Shown: piece by piece, positions 29,394-32,000 of the stretch
Numbering within the stretch: the first letter of the stretch is position 1
Layout of the letters: the number at the start of each line of letters is the position of its first letter
Source: an uncultured Desulfobacterales bacterium
GTDB lineage: Bacteria; Desulfobacterota; DSM-4660; Desulfatiglandales; HGW-15
Length of the DNA: 32,000 bases
Direction of reading: 5' to 3'
Assembly: GCA_964454455.1 (NCBI GenBank)
Contig: CAYVVQ010000007.1
Location: forward strand, 18,188 to 50,187
Notes under the pieces: generated by a model
Databases searched by the model: none
What the model saw: only the letters and a program-made list of their open reading frames with translations
What the model was told of the DNA's origin: nothing
Position numbers and translations under genes: made by a program

Positions 29394-30467
29394 ATGGAAG
29401 CATGGACGGAACAGGTCCAGAACGCGGTCAACACCCTGGACAAGCTCAAGGAGTACATCAACGTCTCCCCGGATGAGGAGAGGGCGATCACCACCCTTCA
29501 CACCAAGTGGGGGACCACGCCCTACTTCGCCTCCCTCATGGATCCGGACGATCCCGACTGCCCCATCCGCAAGCAGGTCATCCCCTCCATGAGGGAGACC
29601 GAGAACCGCTACGGCATCCCCGACTACCTCATCTGGAAGGAAAACCGCGCGGGCGACGAGAGGCGGCCCGACGCCATCGCCCGACAGTACCACGACCGGA
29701 TCGCCTTCACCGTCACGGACGTCTGCGCCAACTACTGCCGCCACTGCTTCCGCAAGGAGCTCGTGGTGGACCGCGACCTGAAGCTTCGCATGGACGTGGA
29801 CGAGGGCCTCCAGTGGATCGCCGAGCACGAGGAGATCCGGGACGTGCTGGTCACCGGCGGGGACCCGTTCATCCTGTCGGACGACAAGATCGAGTACGTG
29901 ATCCGAAAGCTCCGGGAGATCCCGCACCTGGAGATGATCCGTTTCGGCACCCGCACGCCCATCGTGCTGCCCCATCGAATCACGGAAGGCCTCAAGGAGA
30001 TCCTGAGCCCCTTCCATCGAGTTCCCATCTGGGTGAACACCCAGTGCAACCACCCCAAGGAGATCACCGACCTCACCGCGAAGGCGGTCTACGACCTTCT
30101 CACCTGCGGGGTGAATGTGGGCAATCAGGCCGTGCTCCTCAAGGGCATCAACGACGACGTGGAGACCTTCCGCGAGCTCCATCAGAAGCTCCTCCGGGTG
30201 CGTATCCGCCCCTACTACGTCTTCTACTGCGAGCCCGCGCCCGGCATCGACCACTTCCGCACGCCCGTGGAAAAGGGCGCGGAGCTGATCCGGGACGCCA
30301 TCCGCGGCCACACCACGGGCCTGGCCCAGCCCATGTACGTGATCGCCACGAACATCGGCAAGGTCCCGCTCATGCCGGACTACTACATCGAAGGGGTAAC
30401 GGAGAAAGAGTACCTGCTGGTGAACTACAAGGGCGAGAAGACCTCCATCCCGAACATCCCGGAGTAG
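29394..30467 (+). CDS. KamA-family radical SAM / PLP aminomutase (lysine-2,3-aminomutase-like), short 357-aa form
   Basis: ORF 29394..30467 with a GAAAGGAGAG RBS. The radical-SAM triad is CANYCRHC. Family-typical stretches are TPYFASLM, PIRKQVIP, VLVTGGDPF, RFGTRTP, GNQAVLLKGIND, RPYYVFYC and HFRTPV. NIGK is the candidate PLP lysine. Confidence 0.9.
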   Translation: MEAWTEQVQNAVNTLDKLKEYINVSPDEERAITTLHTKWGTTPYFASLMDPDDPDCPIRKQVIPSMRETENRYGIPDYLIWKENRAGDERRPDAIARQYHDRIAFTVTDVCANYCRHCFRKELVVDRDLKLRMDVDEGLQWIAEHEEIRDVLVTGGDPFILSDDKIEYVIRKLREIPHLEMIRFGTRTPIVLPHRITEGLKEILSPFHRVPIWVNTQCNHPKEITDLTAKAVYDLLTCGVNVGNQAVLLKGINDDVETFRELHQKLLRVRIRPYYVFYCEPAPGIDHFRTPVEKGAELIRDAIRGHTTGLAQPMYVIATNIGKVPLMPDYYIEGVTEKEYLLVNYKGEKTSIPNIPE

Positions 30468-30468
30468 G

Positions 30469-30897
30469 CTACCGGACCCGCTCCAGGCGCTCCAGGCACT
30501 GGCGGAGGATCTCCACGTTCTGCCGGAGCGCATCCCGGGAGACCCGGGCGGCCTCGTCCTCGATGATCCGCGTGAGCAGGGCCACGCTCCGCTGCAGGGG
30601 GGCCTTGATCTCGTCGATGCGCGGGTCGCGCTCCGGTTTTTCCTGGGGCATCGACTCGGCGGCCGCCAAAATGGACGATGCGAAGACGGCCGTGTCGTTG
30701 GTGTCGTCGTCCTCCTCGGCAGGGGCCGTATCCCCGGTCAGCTTCCGGATGAGGGCGGCCATGTCGCTGCTGACCATGCGGATGGGGTCGATGTGGTAGA
30801 GCTCCATGTCCTCCAGGACGCCCTCGGAGATGAGATCCTGGTAGAGCTCCTGAAGCTCCTGGATCAGATCGTTCTGCCGGGTGTCCTGCTCGGCCAT
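30469..30897 (-). CDS. Hypothetical acidic, helical protein, 142 aa
   Basis: ORF 30469..31041(-) taken from MAEQDTRQ ('cat' at 30895-97). The composition is coding-like and rich in Glu/Asp/Leu. I recognise no family. It is convergent with the aminomutase gene, with 1 nt between the stop codons. Confidence 0.45.
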   Translation of the reverse strand: MAEQDTRQNDLIQELQELYQDLISEGVLEDMELYHIDPIRMVSSDMAALIRKLTGDTAPAEEDDDTNDTAVFASSILAAAESMPQEKPERDPRIDEIKAPLQRSVALLTRIIEDEAARVSRDALRQNVEILRQCLERLERVR

Positions 30898-31136
30898 GGG
30901 CCGCTCCCGCAACGGTTGGTGTGATCCACCATTCAAAGCCCCAGCCGAACCCCGAGCCGAGCCTTTGACGCCTTCATGGCGGGATGGTATCCTCGTCGCA
31001 TGGGATTCACAACCAAATTCTGCACCGCCCAAGGATCCCAAAGATCGGAACCCCTCGAAGATGTTGAAACGTTTTTCGCCGAAGATGCTCTATACCCCAA
31101 CGGCGAGAGAGTCGAAAGAACATGGAGGAGGACAAC

Positions 31137-31346
31137 ATGCCCATCTATGAGTACAAATGCGATGCATGTGGAGAAATGTTCGAGCAACTGGTCTTCGCGT
31201 CCGACAAGGATGAACCCGTCCCCTGCCCGTCCTGCGGCCGTCACAGGACGAAAAGGCAGCTGTCGTCCTTTTCCTGCGGATCCAGCTCCGAGGGCCTGGG
31301 AGCGGCCCTCTCCTCAGGATGCGGGTCTTCGGGCGGTTTCTCTTGA
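31137..31346 (+). CDS. FmdB-family zinc-ribbon protein, 69 aa
   Basis: ORF 31122..31346 taken from MPIYEYKCDACGEMFE, the hallmark N-terminus. The second CxxC is CPSCG. GGAGGAGG lies 5 nt upstream. The tail is Gly/Ser/Cys-rich. Confidence 0.8.
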   Translation: MPIYEYKCDACGEMFEQLVFASDKDEPVPCPSCGRHRTKRQLSSFSCGSSSEGLGAALSSGCGSSGGFS

Positions 31347-31480
31347 GCGGGTTGAGACCGCGGCCGTGCGCCGCCGAGGATAAATCAAAAATCATAACGC
31401 TCTCAGTTATTTGAGATAGATTTCTCAAGCGATGGATCACAACACCAGCGATGGCATCGAAGCAGGAAAAGGAGAAAGAC

Positions 31481-31567
31481 ATGGGTATCGGGTGGTTCCT
31501 GATCATCATTGCCGCCTGGGTTCTTCTGCAGGCGGTGATTCTGCCGAAGATGGGCATCTCCACTTGA
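31481..31567 (+). CDS. Small hydrophobic membrane ORF, 28 codons to UGA (63 codons, to 31672, if the UGA is decoded as selenocysteine)
   Basis: Below the ORF-track size cut-off. ATG 31481 lies 7 nt after AAGGAG. The product is MGIGWFLIIIAAWVLLQAVILPKMGIST, then TGA at 31565-67. The same frame stays open: MRPGCQVDNRAGTQQVSSPGDSERIERTEDAETN, then TGA at 31670-72. Confidence 0.45.
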   Translation: MGIGWFLIIIAAWVLLQAVILPKMGIST

Positions 31568-31573
31568 ATGCGA

Positions 31574-31598
31574 CCAGGTTGTCAGGTGGACAACCGGG
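31574..31598 (+). other. Stem-loop 9 nt downstream of the UGA (bacterial SECIS-like geometry)
   Basis: GGTTGTC (31577-83) pairs perfectly with GACAACC (31589-95). The loop is AGGTG (31584-88). Two further C-G pairs lie beyond an A/G mismatch. There are 16 nt between the UGA and the loop, and G is the second loop base. No U-tract follows, so it is not an intrinsic terminator. Confidence 0.35.
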
Positions 31599-31775
31599 CC
31601 GGCACCCAACAGGTCAGTTCTCCGGGCGATTCAGAGAGGATCGAGCGCACGGAGGATGCAGAAACGAACTGAGCGGAAGGTCCATCACGATGGGATCTTG
31701 TACGCGCGGGAGGATCTCCGAACGACAACATCGAATGTCCTTGTGTACGATGCCGGGTCACGCTGGAGCATTGAG

Positions 31776-32000
31776 ATGGTACGTTCGAATCGTATCGGGT
31801 CTGGGAAGGCCGTGAGGAACGGATTCCTCGGGTTTCTGATCGTCCTCCCTCTTTTCTGCTTGCAGTGCACGGCCACGCTCCCCAGGGAAGGCCCGCCCGG
31901 GACGGGCACCTACAGGATCAATCTGGATACCGCGGTGATGGGCGCGAAGCGCTACTACCTCCTGCACATACCCAGTCGCTCTGATCCGGGAAACAAGGCG
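31776..32000 (+). CDS. Secreted esterase, PHB-depolymerase/LpqC-like family, N-terminal fragment (runs off the window end)
   Basis: Not in the ORF track because it is truncated. ATG 31776 lies 7 nt after GGAG. The product is MVRSNRIGSGKAVRNGFLGFLIVLPLFCLQCTATLPREGPPGTGTYRINLDTAVMGAKRYYLLHIPSRSDPGNKA. A signal peptide followed by an R-Y-Y-L-L-H-I-P type motif is common in that esterase family. Confidence 0.45.
   Translation, partial: MVRSNRIGSGKAVRNGFLGFLIVLPLFCLQCTATLPREGPPGTGTYRINLDTAVMGAKRYYLLHIPSRSDPGNKA

Noticed and set aside
31784-31796. A T-loop-like string (GTTCGAATC) suggesting a tRNA.
   Set aside because: There is no acceptor, D or anticodon stem complementarity around it. It sits in frame in the signal-peptide region of the partial esterase ORF.
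31432-31815. The 127-aa ORF in the track (MDHNTSDGIEAGKGERHGYR...).
   Set aside because: It has no RBS and its product is Arg/Gly/His-rich and low in complexity. It overlaps, in another frame, the well-initiated small membrane ORF and the start of the esterase gene.

Overview
This is a GC-rich bacterial chromosomal window (about two-thirds G+C by eye). Its gene content suggests an anaerobic, deltaproteobacterium-like (Thermodesulfobacteriota-type) organism; that placement is inference only. I saw no rRNA, tRNA, CRISPR array, transposase or integrase. All calls come from reading the sequence and ORF translations by eye, with no searches or alignments run.

Gene order:
- Minus strand: a partial 3-hydroxyacyl-CoA dehydrogenase, a NifU-like protein, a spore-photoproduct-lyase-family radical SAM enzyme, and a ParB-like protein. 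The last two are coupled by an ATGA overlap.
- Plus strand: a dCache/PAS HisKA_3 sensor kinase with a NarL-type regulator, then a LIV-type ABC importer (5 genes).
- Plus strand: a tight 8-gene operon. It holds an OadA-like carboxyltransferase without a biotin domain, OadB, an odd OadG-like protein, mdh, sdhCAB and a class I fumarase. A good sigma70 promoter and a terminator bracket it.
- Plus strand: an OYE/2,4-dienoyl-CoA-reductase-like flavoenzyme. An RmlD-like reductase lies convergent on the minus strand.
- Plus strand: a TPAT-type TRAP transporter (tatT-dctPQM), followed by a glutamine-synthetase-family ligase and a short KamA-family aminomutase.
- Right end: an acidic orphan (minus), an FmdB zinc ribbon, a 28-codon membrane ORF, and a partial esterase.

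Most interesting observations:
1. The GS-like/KamA-like pair behind the TRAP system may be a beta-amino-acid module.
2. The 28-codon membrane ORF ends at a UGA that is followed 9 nt later by a SECIS-like hairpin, with the frame open for 34 more codons. It is a candidate selenoprotein.
3. The ParB-like/SP-lyase pair contains an AT-rich, rare-codon island with a palindrome inside the ParB-like CDS.
4. A 42-nt intergenic repeat (41/42 identical) sits about 120 nt upstream of two operons.
5. The decarboxylase pump lacks a biotin carrier and has an atypical gamma-like subunit.
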